Source of the DNA: Rhabdothermincola salaria
Lineage (GTDB): Bacteria; Actinomycetota; Acidimicrobiia; Acidimicrobiales; Acidimicrobilacustridaceae
DNA: 64,000 bases
Direction: 5' to 3'
Assembly (NCBI RefSeq): GCF_021246445.1
Contig: NZ_JAJQXW010000001.1
Span: 922,068-986,067, forward strand
Positions 39,131 to 48,766 of this stretch are shown one piece after another. Position 1 is the first letter of the stretch, and every line of letters begins with the position of its first letter. Position numbers and translations under genes: made by a program. The notes below the pieces were generated by a model. The model worked only from the letters and a program-made list of their open reading frames with translations, made no database searches and was not told the DNA's origin.

Positions 39131-39601
39131 TCAGGACCCGGCGGCCAGCGACGTGACGGTGGCCCCGGCCGATGTGGTGGGGTGCAGCTCGTGGATGCGG
39201 GCATCGACCTCGTCGCGCACGCCGCCCAGGGCGAGGATGTTGAGCACGCCCTGGCCCTTCTTCACCAGGTCGATGAGCTCGCCGTCGTCCTGGATCACCA
39301 CCGAGGAGCTGCCCTGGATCACCAGGTTGGCGGTGGTGATGTCGGCACCGAGGTGGTCGCGCAGGTAGCCGAAGACGTCGCGGACGTTCTCGAGCTTGAT
39401 CCCGGCGTCGAGGAGGCTCTTGACGACCTTCAACTCGAGCAGGTCGGTGTAGCTGTAGCGGCGGCGGCTGCCGCTCCCGGCGGCGTCGACGAGCGAGGGC
39501 CTCACCAGGTCGGTGCGGGCCCAGTAGTCGAGCTGGCGATAGCTGATCCCCACGATCTCTGCGGCCTTGGCGCCGCTGAAGCCCTCGTCCTTGGTGCTCA
39601 T
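39131..39601 (-). CDS. MerR-family regulator (Rv1830/McdR-like)
   Basis: GISYRQLDYWART.LV.PS..GSGSRRRYS..LLDAGI; synteny with the garA block. Confidence 0.9.
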   Translation of the reverse strand: MSTKDEGFSGAKAAEIVGISYRQLDYWARTDLVRPSLVDAAGSGSRRRYSYTDLLELKVVKSLLDAGIKLENVRDVFGYLRDHLGADITTANLVIQGSSSVVIQDDGELIDLVKKGQGVLNILALGGVRDEVDARIHELHPTTSAGATVTSLAAGS

Positions 39602-39795
39602 CGTTGCTCCTCGAGGGCCCGTGCCCGGTGGGTGATCACGCTCACGTGGAGGGTGACAGGGCCTCTGGCTCCACCTGAGGTCGTCATGACAGCGGTGAAA
39701 CTACGCCCGTGAGAGCTGGAGGGTACGACGTGCGGGACGCCCGGTCAACGATCGCCGCCGTTCGGCCACGGAAGGGCCGGGCCCGGAGGGACCGC

Positions 39796-40293
39796 TCAGG
39801 AGGCGAAGTCGTCCGGGTTCACCGAGTCGATGAACTCCCGGAACTGCTCCACGACGTCCTCGCCCCCGGCCTCGTCGCCGTCCTCGTCGACCTCTTCGGG
39901 CAACCCGGCCTCGTCGAGGAGCTCCTCGGTGGCGAAGATGGGGCACTCCACCCGCAGGGCCAACGCCATGGCGTCGGAGGGACGGCTCGACACCTGCACC
40001 CGGCGATCGCCGGTCTGGAGGTGGAGGTCGGCGTAGAAGGTGCCCTCCTCGAGGTGGGTGATCACCACCCGCTCGACCACGGCCCCGAGCTCGGCGACGA
40101 CGTCGCGCATCAGGTCGTGGGTCATGGGGCGCTGGGTCACCACGCCGTCGAGGGCGAAGGCGATGGCGGCCGCTTCGGGTTGGCCGATGAAGATCGGCAG
40201 CAGCCGGTGCTCGCCCTCGCGCTCACGCAGCACGACGACGGGGATGTTGCCGGGCAACTCGATGCGAACGGCGACCAACTCCATCTCGACCAT
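39796..40293 (-). CDS. Bifunctional nuclease / DUF151 protein (Rv1829-like)
   Basis: LPIFIGQPEA, RPMTHDL, SRPSDAMALA, FREFIDSVNPDDF. Confidence 0.92.
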   Translation of the reverse strand: MVEMELVAVRIELPGNIPVVVLREREGEHRLLPIFIGQPEAAAIAFALDGVVTQRPMTHDLMRDVVAELGAVVERVVITHLEEGTFYADLHLQTGDRRVQVSSRPSDAMALALRVECPIFATEELLDEAGLPEEVDEDGDEAGGEDVVEQFREFIDSVNPDDFAS

Positions 40294-40386
40294 CCTTCGC
40301 ACCCTACCGGGCCGGGGCGGCACCGGGACCGCCCAATCCGGTCCGATGCGCGGGCCGGGGTGGTGGGTCGGTCGGGTCGAGGGCCC

Positions 40387-41532
40387 TCAGGCGCGCCCGA
40401 GGTACTCGCGCAGCGCGGCGCGCACCATGGCCGCCCGGAGATCGTCGGCCAGCTCGGCGAGGTCCTCGAGCATCTCGACCGCCTCCTGCCGGGCCGCCGG
40501 TCGACGTTGCTTGAGCAACGGGGTGATGAGCTGCTCGAACAACCCGGCCTCGCGCTCGGCGGCCACCTTGTACATGCGCAGGTGGCGGGGCTCGATGCCG
40601 TAGCGGCCGAAGCTGACGGCCAGGCGGGCCACGATGAGCGCGTCCTCGTCGTAGTAGTCGACCGAGCCCATGGTGCGGGCCCCGAGCAGCCCGTAGCGCT
40701 CCAGCTCCCCCAGTTGCCTGGGGGTGAGACCGGTGGCCGCGCACAGGTCGTCGAGCGACAGCGTCACCGACGCGTCGTCGGCCAGGCGGATCGGGGCGTC
40801 GTCGTCGGAGTCGTCGGGCTCGGCGGGCGGCACCTCGTCGCCCGGCGTGTGCCCGGTGGGGTGACGACGTCGACCCCGGCGGGCCCGCTCGGCAGGGGTC
40901 GAGGCGCTCTCGGGGGCCTCGACCAGGCGGGCGACGGCCCGGGCCCGGTCGTGGTCGTCGGGCTCGGCGTCATCGCTGGCGTCGCCGAGCGCCGGGTGCC
41001 CGGTCGGCTCGTCGTCGATCACCACACCGGCCCGACGCAGCAACGTGAGGGGGGCTCGGGCGGGTTCGGGTGCATCGGCCGTGGACCCGGGCCCCTCGTC
41101 GGCGGAGGGCTCCGGTGGTTCGTCGACGGTGGCGGGCACCACCTGGGCCTCTGCGGGCTCGGTGACCTCGGTGACCTCGGAGGACTCCGGGGCCGATGCC
41201 TGGTCACCCACGGGCGGTGAGCCGGGTGCGGGGGCGCCGTCCGCGGCCAGGGGCAGGACGCCCTCCGGCGACCCGTCACCGAGGTCGCCGGCCGCCAGAC
41301 GGTCCTTGATGACCTTGAGGGGCAGGAAGTGGTCGCGCTGCTGGGTCAGGATCCAACGCAGCCGGTCGATGTCGGTGTCGTGGAACTTGCGGTAGCCCGA
41401 CGGGGTGCGCTCGGGGTCGAGCAGGCCCTGGCTCTCGAGGAAGCGGATCTTGGAGATGGTGATGTCGGGGAAGTCCGGCTGCAGCAGCGTCAGGACCTCA
41501 CCGATCGAGAGGTGGGTGCGGTCGGCGCCCAT
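40387..41532 (-). CDS. MerR-family regulator (FtsR/Rv1828-like) with long disordered linker
   Basis: SIGEVL..FPDITISKIRFLE..RTPSGYRKF..QRDHFLPLKVIK; second domain GIEPRHLR. Confidence 0.88.
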   Translation of the reverse strand: MGADRTHLSIGEVLTLLQPDFPDITISKIRFLESQGLLDPERTPSGYRKFHDTDIDRLRWILTQQRDHFLPLKVIKDRLAAGDLGDGSPEGVLPLAADGAPAPGSPPVGDQASAPESSEVTEVTEPAEAQVVPATVDEPPEPSADEGPGSTADAPEPARAPLTLLRRAGVVIDDEPTGHPALGDASDDAEPDDHDRARAVARLVEAPESASTPAERARRGRRRHPTGHTPGDEVPPAEPDDSDDDAPIRLADDASVTLSLDDLCAATGLTPRQLGELERYGLLGARTMGSVDYYDEDALIVARLAVSFGRYGIEPRHLRMYKVAAEREAGLFEQLITPLLKQRRPAARQEAVEMLEDLAELADDLRAAMVRAALREYLGRA

Positions 41533-42023
41533 CACTCCTCGCCGGCACCCTGGAAGAACACCAGCTTGAACTTGCCGATCTGCACCTCGTCGCCGTTGGC
41601 CAGCGGTGCCTCCTCGATGCGCTCCCGGTTGAGGTAGGTGCCGTTGAGCGAGCCGGTGTCGCAGACCATGTAGTGGTCGTCGTCGTCGCGCCGGAACTCG
41701 GCGTGGCGACGCGAGACGGTGATGTCGTCGAGGAAGATGTTGCTGTCGGGGTGCCGGCCGGCCGTCGTGCAGGCGGTCTCGAGGGCGTAGCGGCTCCCTG
41801 CCTTCGGCCCCCGCTTGACGACCAGCACGCCGGTGTCGCGGGGGACCTCCTCGAGGTCGAGCGCGACGTCGTCTTCGACCGGGTCGGCGGGGGCCGACGG
41901 GTGGAAGGTGATCGTGGTGTTCTCCGGTGCGACGGTCTCGAGGATCGCGCCACACGACGAGCAGAAGTTCGACCCGAGTGGGTTGCGGTGCCCGCAGTTG
42001 TTGCAGAAGACCTCGCTCACCAC
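41532..42023 (-). CDS. garA: Zn-ribbon + FHA protein (GarA/OdhI-like)
   Basis: CNNC..CSSC, ENTTITF (ETTS-like), GRHPDSNIFLDDITVSRRHAEF, GSLNGTY. Confidence 0.82.
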   Translation of the reverse strand: MVSEVFCNNCGHRNPLGSNFCSSCGAILETVAPENTTITFHPSAPADPVEDDVALDLEEVPRDTGVLVVKRGPKAGSRYALETACTTAGRHPDSNIFLDDITVSRRHAEFRRDDDDHYMVCDTGSLNGTYLNRERIEEAPLANGDEVQIGKFKLVFFQGAGEE

Positions 42024-42024
42024 G

Positions 42025-42405
42025 TCACCCCTCGATCAACCGCCGGTACGCGTCGCCGTCGAGCAGGCCGTCGAGCTGCTCGGGGTCGCTCACCTCGATG
42101 ACGCAGATCCACCCGTCGCCGTAGGGGTCGTCGTTGAGCCGCTCGGGCGCATCGTCGAGGCCCTGGTTGACCTCGACCACGACTCCGGCCACAGGGGCGT
42201 AGATGTCCGACACGGACTTGGTGGACTCGACCTCGCTGACCTTGGCGGCCGCGTCCACCGTGGCCCCCTGCTCGGGCACCTCGACGTACACGACATCGCC
42301 GAGCGCGTCCTGGGCGTAGTCGGTGATGCCGACGCGGACACGGTCGCCCTCCACTCGAACCCACTCGTGGTCGGTGGAGTAGCGCAGGTCCTCCGGGATC
42401 AACAT
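42025..42405 (-). CDS. gcvH: Glycine cleavage H protein
   Basis: HEWV, GITDYAQDALGD, VESTKSVSD (lipoyl Lys), N.DPYG.GW. Confidence 0.96.
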   Translation of the reverse strand: MLIPEDLRYSTDHEWVRVEGDRVRVGITDYAQDALGDVVYVEVPEQGATVDAAAKVSEVESTKSVSDIYAPVAGVVVEVNQGLDDAPERLNDDPYGDGWICVIEVSDPEQLDGLLDGDAYRRLIEG

Positions 42406-42460
42406 GGCCGCACGCTACCCGATCCGCCGAACCCTCGACACGAGGATGAGACTTGCCGCC

Positions 42461-44947
42461 TCACCGCACCATCTGGCGGATCCGACGGGCGTACTCCTCG
42501 GCCAGGCGACGGGCGGAGTCCGCCGAGGAGCCTTCGGCCCAGATGTGGGTGACCGGCTCCTCGGGGTCGGGCAGGGCGAGGGCCCACCCGCCGTCGTGGA
42601 GCACCTTGACGCCGTCGACGAGCACGAGGTCGCGGTCCTTGCTCTGCTCCATGAGCGTGCGCATCACCGCCCCCTTCTGATCCCACGGGGTGACCACGGT
42701 GTCGTGGACCACGTGCACGCGAGGGAGCCCGGCCACCACGTCGGACAGCTTCCGTTCGTGGAAGGCCATCAGGTCGAGGACCTTCACGAGGGTCGCGGCC
42801 GCGTCGAACCCCGGCATGAAGCCGGGGAGGATGAAGTTGCCGGACTGGTTGCCCGCGAAGCCCACCCCGGCCTCGGTGGCGGCGTCCATGAGGGCCGGGT
42901 TGGAGAGCTTGGTCCAGCGGATCTTGATGCCGTGCTCCTCGAGGATGCGCACCGCGGCCTGCGAGGTGTTCACCGGCAGGGCCACCCGGTCGCCGAAGAG
43001 CGTGCCGGGCAGCAGCGTCAGCAACGAGAGCAGGCTCTCGGAATGGGTGAGGACGTGGCCCTCGTCGTCGACCAGGCGCAGCTGCTCGCCATCGGGGTCG
43101 ATCACCGCGCCGAGCTGGCTGCCGGAGCTGCGGACCAGGTCGGCGACGGCGGTGGCGTGCCCGTCGAGGTCGTCGCGCAGCACTCCGGCGGTGGAGATGA
43201 ACGGGTTGACGGCGAGCACCTCGAGGCCGAGCTTCGACAGCACGTTGGGCATGGCGAAGGACGCCGAGCCGTAGGCGTAGTCGATCACGACCTTGGAGCG
43301 GGCGGCTCGGATGCGGCTCATGTCGACGGTGGCACCGAGGGCGTCGGCGTAGTGCTCGAGGGCCCGGGAGGCGAAGCCGATGTCGCCGATCTCGCCCGGG
43401 AAGACCCGGCGGAAGTCCTGGCGGGCGTAGAGGCGTTCGATCTTGCGTTGCACGTCCTCGGTGATGTCGAGCCCGTCCTCGTCGAAGAAGCGCACCGCCA
43501 CGGATTGCGGGTCGCCCTTCACCAGGCGCACGGTGAGGCCACCGCGGATGTTCGGACGGCGCATCACGAAGCGGGTCACCGGGACCGACGCCACCTCGAG
43601 GTCCTCGACGTTGATCCCCACGCTGTTGAGTCCGGCCATCAGCGCCCGCTTGAGCATGCGGGACGAGCGGCTGGAGTCACGGGAGGTGACGACGGTGGTG
43701 CCCTTCTTGAGCAGACCGCCGTAGGCCATGGCCACCCGCACCGCGAACTCGGGGGTGATGTCGACGTTGGCCAACCCCGACGCGCCGATCCGGCCGAACA
43801 GGCTGCGGGCGCCACGCGACTCCCACACGATCGACTCGTTGACGACGGCGCCGGGCTCGACGGTCTTGAAGGCGTAGACCTTCACCCCCGAGCCCAGGCT
43901 GGCTTCCTCGCCGAGGAAGCACTCGTCGCCGATGACCACGCCCTCCTCGGTGCGCACCCCCTTGCGCAGGTCGCACGAGCGACCCACCACGGTGCCCCGC
44001 AGGCGCACGGCCTCGCCGAGGTAGGCGTTGTCGTTCACGACCGTGCGCTCGAGGAAGGCGTCGTTGCGCACGCGGACGTTGGCGCCGAGCACCGAGTACT
44101 CCCCGATCACGGCGCCGGCCTCGATGCGGCAGTTCTCCCCGATCACGGCGGGCCCGGCGATGGTGGCATCGGGGTTCACCTCGGCGTTCTCCGCCAGCCA
44201 GACGCCCGGACGTATCTCGAACCCGGGGATCTCCACCTCCACCTTGCGGTCGAGGATGTCCTTGTGGGCCCGCACGTAGGCCTCGAGCGTGCCCACGTCC
44301 TCCCAGTACCCCTCGGTGATGGCACCGAAGAGTGGCTTGCCCTCGGCGAGGAGCTTCGGGAACACCTCGCTGGAGAAGTCGACCGAGCGATCGGGCTCGA
44401 TGTAGTCGAAGATCTCCGGTTCGAGCACGAACATGCCCGTGTTGATGGTGTCGCTGAAGACCTGCCCCCACGTGGGCTTCTCGAGGAACCGCTCGATGCT
44501 GCCGTCCTCACGGGTGATCACGATGCCGAACTCGAGCGGGTTGTCGACGTGGGCCAGTCCGATGGTGGCCATCGCCTGGTTCGCCTCGTGGACGTCGATG
44601 ATGGCGGAGAGGTCCACATCGGTGAGCACGTCGCCGGAGATCACCAGGAAGCGCTCGGTGAGGTGCTCCATGGCGTTGCGCACCGAGCCGGCGGTCCCGA
44701 GGGGGGTCTCCTCGGTGGCGTAGGCGATCTTCACGCCGAAGTCGGAGCCGTCGCCGAAGTAGTCGCGGATGGCGTTGGCCATGAAGGCCACCGTCACCAC
44801 GATCTCGTCGATGCCGTGGCGCTTGAGCAGGTCGATGACGTGCTCCATCATCGGCCGGTTGACCAGGGGCAGGAGCGGCTTCGGAGCGTTGGAGGTGAGG
44901 GGCCGGAGCCGGGTTCCCTCGCCACCCGCCATGATGACCGCCTTCAT
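42461..44947 (-). CDS. Mannose-1-phosphate guanylyltransferase + LbH + phosphomannomutase-like fusion
   Basis: [18 protein letters not shown], hexapeptide repeats, PMM-like C-half with DPDGE. Confidence 0.88.
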   Translation of the reverse strand: MKAVIMAGGEGTRLRPLTSNAPKPLLPLVNRPMMEHVIDLLKRHGIDEIVVTVAFMANAIRDYFGDGSDFGVKIAYATEETPLGTAGSVRNAMEHLTERFLVISGDVLTDVDLSAIIDVHEANQAMATIGLAHVDNPLEFGIVITREDGSIERFLEKPTWGQVFSDTINTGMFVLEPEIFDYIEPDRSVDFSSEVFPKLLAEGKPLFGAITEGYWEDVGTLEAYVRAHKDILDRKVEVEIPGFEIRPGVWLAENAEVNPDATIAGPAVIGENCRIEAGAVIGEYSVLGANVRVRNDAFLERTVVNDNAYLGEAVRLRGTVVGRSCDLRKGVRTEEGVVIGDECFLGEEASLGSGVKVYAFKTVEPGAVVNESIVWESRGARSLFGRIGASGLANVDITPEFAVRVAMAYGGLLKKGTTVVTSRDSSRSSRMLKRALMAGLNSVGINVEDLEVASVPVTRFVMRRPNIRGGLTVRLVKGDPQSVAVRFFDEDGLDITEDVQRKIERLYARQDFRRVFPGEIGDIGFASRALEHYADALGATVDMSRIRAARSKVVIDYAYGSASFAMPNVLSKLGLEVLAVNPFISTAGVLRDDLDGHATAVADLVRSSGSQLGAVIDPDGEQLRLVDDEGHVLTHSESLLSLLTLLPGTLFGDRVALPVNTSQAAVRILEEHGIKIRWTKLSNPALMDAATEAGVGFAGNQSGNFILPGFMPGFDAAATLVKVLDLMAFHERKLSDVVAGLPRVHVVHDTVVTPWDQKGAVMRTLMEQSKDRDLVLVDGVKVLHDGGWALALPDPEEPVTHIWAEGSSADSARRLAEEYARRIRQMVR

Positions 44948-45001
44948 GAACGTCCTCCCTCGGCGCAGGTGCCGCCCCACGGCGGCCTGATGCCTGCGAA
45001 C

Positions 45002-45685
45002 CTACCCTGCCCGGGCGGCTCGGCCCTCCCGCAGGGCGCGGATCCCGGCCGGGACGTACATCACCGCCGCGTAGTAGCTGAGGACGAGGCCCGGGACGGC
45101 GAAGGCCCAGGCCATCACCGCGGCCTCGTCGGCCCACCACATGGTGCTGGCTCCGGCGAGGAACAGCGGGAAGGCGAACATCAAGGCGAACGTGCCGGCC
45201 TTGCCGAACCAGGTGACGTCGATCCGAACGGCACCCAGCGCGGCCAGCGTGAGGGTGGCACCGGCCACCAGTCCCTCGCGGACCAGCACGGCGACGCACA
45301 ACCACAGCGGGGCGGCGCCGTCGATGATGATGGCCACGATGGCGACGAAGAACAGCAGGCGGTCCGCCACCGGGTCGAGCACCTTCCCGAGCGTCGACAC
45401 CTGGTGCCAGCGGCGGGCGATGTACCCGTCGACCCAGTCGGTTGCCCCGAGTCCGGCGAGCAGCCAGGCGGCCGCGCCCTGGTCCCCCTGGCCGAGCAGC
45501 AGCCACACGAAAACGGGGAGCAGCGCCAGGCGGACGAAGGTGATGACGTTGGGCACGGTGACGATGCGGTCCTCCCCGGCCACGTCGTCGCGGTGGACCT
45601 CGATGGCGTGCTTCTCGGAGGCGGCCTGGGCGCTGACCGGGCGTGCGCCGCGTCGCACGGGGTCCGGAGGCGGGGACGCGGGCAT
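45002..45685 (-). CDS. CDP-alcohol phosphatidyltransferase (PgsA2/cardiolipin synthase-like)
   Basis: TVPNVIT..R, TDWVDGYIAR..LGKVLDPVADR. Confidence 0.9.
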   Translation of the reverse strand: MPASPPPDPVRRGARPVSAQAASEKHAIEVHRDDVAGEDRIVTVPNVITFVRLALLPVFVWLLLGQGDQGAAAWLLAGLGATDWVDGYIARRWHQVSTLGKVLDPVADRLLFFVAIVAIIIDGAAPLWLCVAVLVREGLVAGATLTLAALGAVRIDVTWFGKAGTFALMFAFPLFLAGASTMWWADEAAVMAWAFAVPGLVLSYYAAVMYVPAGIRALREGRAARAG

Positions 45686-45711
45686 GGTTCGCACTCTACG
45701 ATCACCGTCCC

Positions 45712-46116
45712 ATGACCACGATCTTCACCAAGATCCTCACCGGCGAGCTCCCGGGGCGCTTCGTCCACCGTGACGAGACCTGTGCCGCCTTCCTCACCAT
45801 CGCCCCCATCACGAAGGGCCACACCCTCGTCGTCCCCGTCGCCGAGGTCGACCACTGGACCGATCTCGACGACGAGGTGGTCGCCCACCTCATGGTGGTG
45901 GCCAAGAAGGTCGGCGAGGCCCAGAAGCGGGCCTTCGGCGCCGATCGGGTGGCCCTGATGATCGCCGGGCTGGAGGTGCCCCACACCCACCTGCACGTGC
46001 TGCCCATCCGCAGCGAGCGCGACATGGACTTCGCCAAGGCCCAGGGCGACGTCCCGGCCGAGGAGCTCGACGCCGTCGCCGATGCACTGCGGGCCGAGGT
46101 GGAGCGCGGGCAGTAG
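45712..46116 (+). CDS. HIT family protein
   Basis: TIFTKI, GHTLVVP, EVPHTHLHV. Confidence 0.93.
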   Translation: MTTIFTKILTGELPGRFVHRDETCAAFLTIAPITKGHTLVVPVAEVDHWTDLDDEVVAHLMVVAKKVGEAQKRAFGADRVALMIAGLEVPHTHLHVLPIRSERDMDFAKAQGDVPAEELDAVADALRAEVERGQ

Positions 46117-46129
46117 GACGGCTCGCCCG

Positions 46130-46873
46130 TCAGAGCAGGCTGGACTGCCCGGGGAGCTCACCCTCCGGGACCGGGTCGACCTCGTCGACGAGGTGGGCGC
46201 CCTTGTTGCGCACGTTGTTGACCTCGGTGCTCACCGGTCGCAGGGCCACCAACGAGGGCGGCGCCGGCACCAGGAGCCGCCCGAGGACCTCGAGATCGTG
46301 CACGTCGGGGTCGAGCCAGGTGTCCCACTGCGACCGGGGCAGGATGACCGGCATCCGGTCGTGGACCGGACGCACCGTCTCGTTGGGCTCGCCGGTGATG
46401 ATCGTGCACGACCGCAGCGACCCCCCGCCGGCCTCACGCTCGGCGTCCGAGGCGCCGGGGTCACGCCACACCTCCCAGAGGCCGGCGAACGCCAACGGCT
46501 CGCCGTCGGGTCGGTGGATGTAGACGGGTTGCTTGCGCTTCTGGCCCGGGACGGCCTTCCACTCGTAGAAGCCGTCGGCCGGGACCAGGCACCGCCGCTT
46601 CTGGAAGGCCGGCTTGAACGCCCCCTTCGACGCGAGGGTCTCGGCTCGGGCGTTGATCATCCGGTTGCCCACCGACGGGTCCTTGGCCCAACGCGGCACC
46701 AGGCCCCAGTGCATGGGGGTGACCCGCCGGGTCCGGCCGTCGGCGAGCACGACGTAGACGTCGTTGGTCGGGGCCACGTTGTAGCTGGGTTCGAGGGCCG
46801 CTTCGGGGGCTTCGGCATCGAAGTACCGAGCGATCTCCCCGGGCGGGGAGGCAGAGACGAAGCGGCCGCACAT
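46130..46873 (-). CDS. SOS response-associated peptidase (SRAP/HMCES/YedK)
   Basis: MCGRF N-terminus, YNVAPT, INARAET, GFYEW, HDRMPVIL. Confidence 0.95.
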   Translation of the reverse strand: MCGRFVSASPPGEIARYFDAEAPEAALEPSYNVAPTNDVYVVLADGRTRRVTPMHWGLVPRWAKDPSVGNRMINARAETLASKGAFKPAFQKRRCLVPADGFYEWKAVPGQKRKQPVYIHRPDGEPLAFAGLWEVWRDPGASDAEREAGGGSLRSCTIITGEPNETVRPVHDRMPVILPRSQWDTWLDPDVHDLEVLGRLLVPAPPSLVALRPVSTEVNNVRNKGAHLVDEVDPVPEGELPGQSSLL

Positions 46874-46913
46874 GGTCGTGACGGTAGTGGCCCGGGGCGG
46901 GACCGCAAGGGGG

Positions 46914-48491
46914 TCAGGCGGGGTCGACGTCGGCGTCGGTGAAGCCGACCTCGGGGCGCAACGTCGGGAACAAGATGACCTCTCGGATGCTCTCCACGCC
47001 GGCCAGCAGCATCACCAGGCGATCGATGCCCATGCCCATCCCACCGGCCGGGGGCATGCCGTACTCCAGGGCCCGGATGTAGTCGAGATCGACGTCGGCG
47101 GCCTCGGGGTCGCCGGCGGCCTTGTGGGCCGCCTCCTCGCGGAACCGGGCCAGCTGCTCGGCGGGGTCGTTGAGCTCGCTGTAGGCGTTGGCCAGCTCGC
47201 GACCGTCGACGATCACCTCGAAGCGCTCGACCAACGTCGGGTCGTCTCGATGGGGCTTGGCCAGCGGCGACGTCTCGCGAGGGTGGTCGAGCACGACCGT
47301 CGGTTCCACCACCTTGGGCTCGACCAGCTCGTCGTAGACCTCGTGGGTGCAGCGCCCCGCGCCCCACGAGTCGTCCCAGGCCAGGCCCAGGCCGTCGAGG
47401 ACGGCACGCGCCTCCGCCACCGGCATGGCCGGGTGGATGTCGACGCCGACGGTCTCGGCGATGAGCTCGACCATGGTGACCCTGCGCCACGGTCCGGCCA
47501 GCTCGATCGTGCGTCCCCGGCACTCCACGGTGGTGGTGCCGTTGGCGGCCTGGGCGGCCGCCCCCACCAGCGCCTCGGTGAGCTCGATCATCTCGTTGTA
47601 GTCACCGAAGGCCTCGTAGGCCTCGAGCATGGTGAACTCGGGGTTGTGGCGGGTGTCGATGCCCTCGTTGCGGAACACGCGGCCGATCTCGAAGACCCGT
47701 TCGAACCCGCCCACCAGGAGCCGCTTGAGCGGGAGCTCGAGGGCGATGCGCAGGTAGGTGTCGAGATCGAGGGCGTTGTAGTGGGTGACGAACGGCCGGG
47801 CCGTGGCCCCGCCCTGTTGGAGGTGCAGCATCGGCGTCTCCACCTCGAGGTACTCCCGCTGGCGCAGCACCGCGCGGACGGCATCGACCGCGGCGACGCG
47901 CACCTCGAACACCCGCCGAGCGTCGGGGTTGACGGTGAGGTCGACGTAGCGCTGACGAAAGCGCGTGTCCACGTCGGACAGGCCCTTCCACTTGTCCGGG
48001 AGGGGCCGGACCGCCTTGGAGAGCAGGACGAAGTCGGTCACCTTGACCGACAGCTCGCCCTTCCTGGTCACCATGACCGTGCCCTCGACCCCGACCCAGT
48101 CGCCTCGATCGAGGTCGTTGAAGTCGGGCATCCGCTCCTTGCCGAGCACCCCGGCGGACACGAACAGCTGCACCTCCCCGGAACGGTCTCGCAGCTGACC
48201 GAAGGTGAGGCGCCCCTGTTCCCGCTTGAGCATCAAGCGGCCGGCGACGCGCACCTCGACGTCGGTCTCCACCCCGTCCTCGAGGCCCTCGAACTCGGCC
48301 CGCAGCTCCCCGATGGTGCGGTCGCGGTCGAAGCGGTAGGGGTAGGGATCGATCCCGCGCTCGCGCAGGGCGGCCACCTTGTCCAGGCGCTGCGCCCGGA
48401 TCGACGCCCTCTCGACCGCCGCCTCGGCGTCGCTGAGCTCCTCGACGACCTCGGCGTCGTCGGCGCCGCTCGTGGTGGCATCGGGGGTCAT
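46914..48491 (-). CDS. lysS: Lysine-tRNA ligase (class II)
   Basis: RQRYVDL, GGATARPF.THYN, FRNEGI..HNPEFTMLE, YGMPPAGG.G.GIDRL. Confidence 0.96.
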   Translation of the reverse strand: MTPDATTSGADDAEVVEELSDAEAAVERASIRAQRLDKVAALRERGIDPYPYRFDRDRTIGELRAEFEGLEDGVETDVEVRVAGRLMLKREQGRLTFGQLRDRSGEVQLFVSAGVLGKERMPDFNDLDRGDWVGVEGTVMVTRKGELSVKVTDFVLLSKAVRPLPDKWKGLSDVDTRFRQRYVDLTVNPDARRVFEVRVAAVDAVRAVLRQREYLEVETPMLHLQQGGATARPFVTHYNALDLDTYLRIALELPLKRLLVGGFERVFEIGRVFRNEGIDTRHNPEFTMLEAYEAFGDYNEMIELTEALVGAAAQAANGTTTVECRGRTIELAGPWRRVTMVELIAETVGVDIHPAMPVAEARAVLDGLGLAWDDSWGAGRCTHEVYDELVEPKVVEPTVVLDHPRETSPLAKPHRDDPTLVERFEVIVDGRELANAYSELNDPAEQLARFREEAAHKAAGDPEAADVDLDYIRALEYGMPPAGGMGMGIDRLVMLLAGVESIREVILFPTLRPEVGFTDADVDPA

Positions 48492-48766
48492 GGGGGCTCC
48501 TAGCAGCAGACGACGGCGGCGAGCGCGACGGCGGGGTGCCGACGGGCACCCCGCAGCGCAGATCTGGTCGGGGGCGCCCAGTCGAGCCGCACCCTCGGTC
48601 GGATCGACACTATCGGATGGCGACCGGACCCCGAGGTGGGGGTTCGCTCCGCTCGGGAGGGGTAGGACCTCGTCAACACCGCTCCCACCCGGGGGCGACC
48701 GACGCCTGTCCGAGCCCCACCCTGGAGGGTGAACCCCGTGGCCCAGCCGATGCCGACCCTGCTGCC

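Noticed and set aside
42404..45715. 1103-aa + strand ORF and other long antisense ORFs (5297-7474, 16945-19011, 33852-36146)
   Set aside because: Shadow frames of well-supported opposite-strand genes in high-GC DNA.
48530..48555. Guanidine-II riboswitch (ACG-loop hairpin)
   Set aside because: Only one hairpin, loop context does not fit, and no guanidine-related gene downstream.
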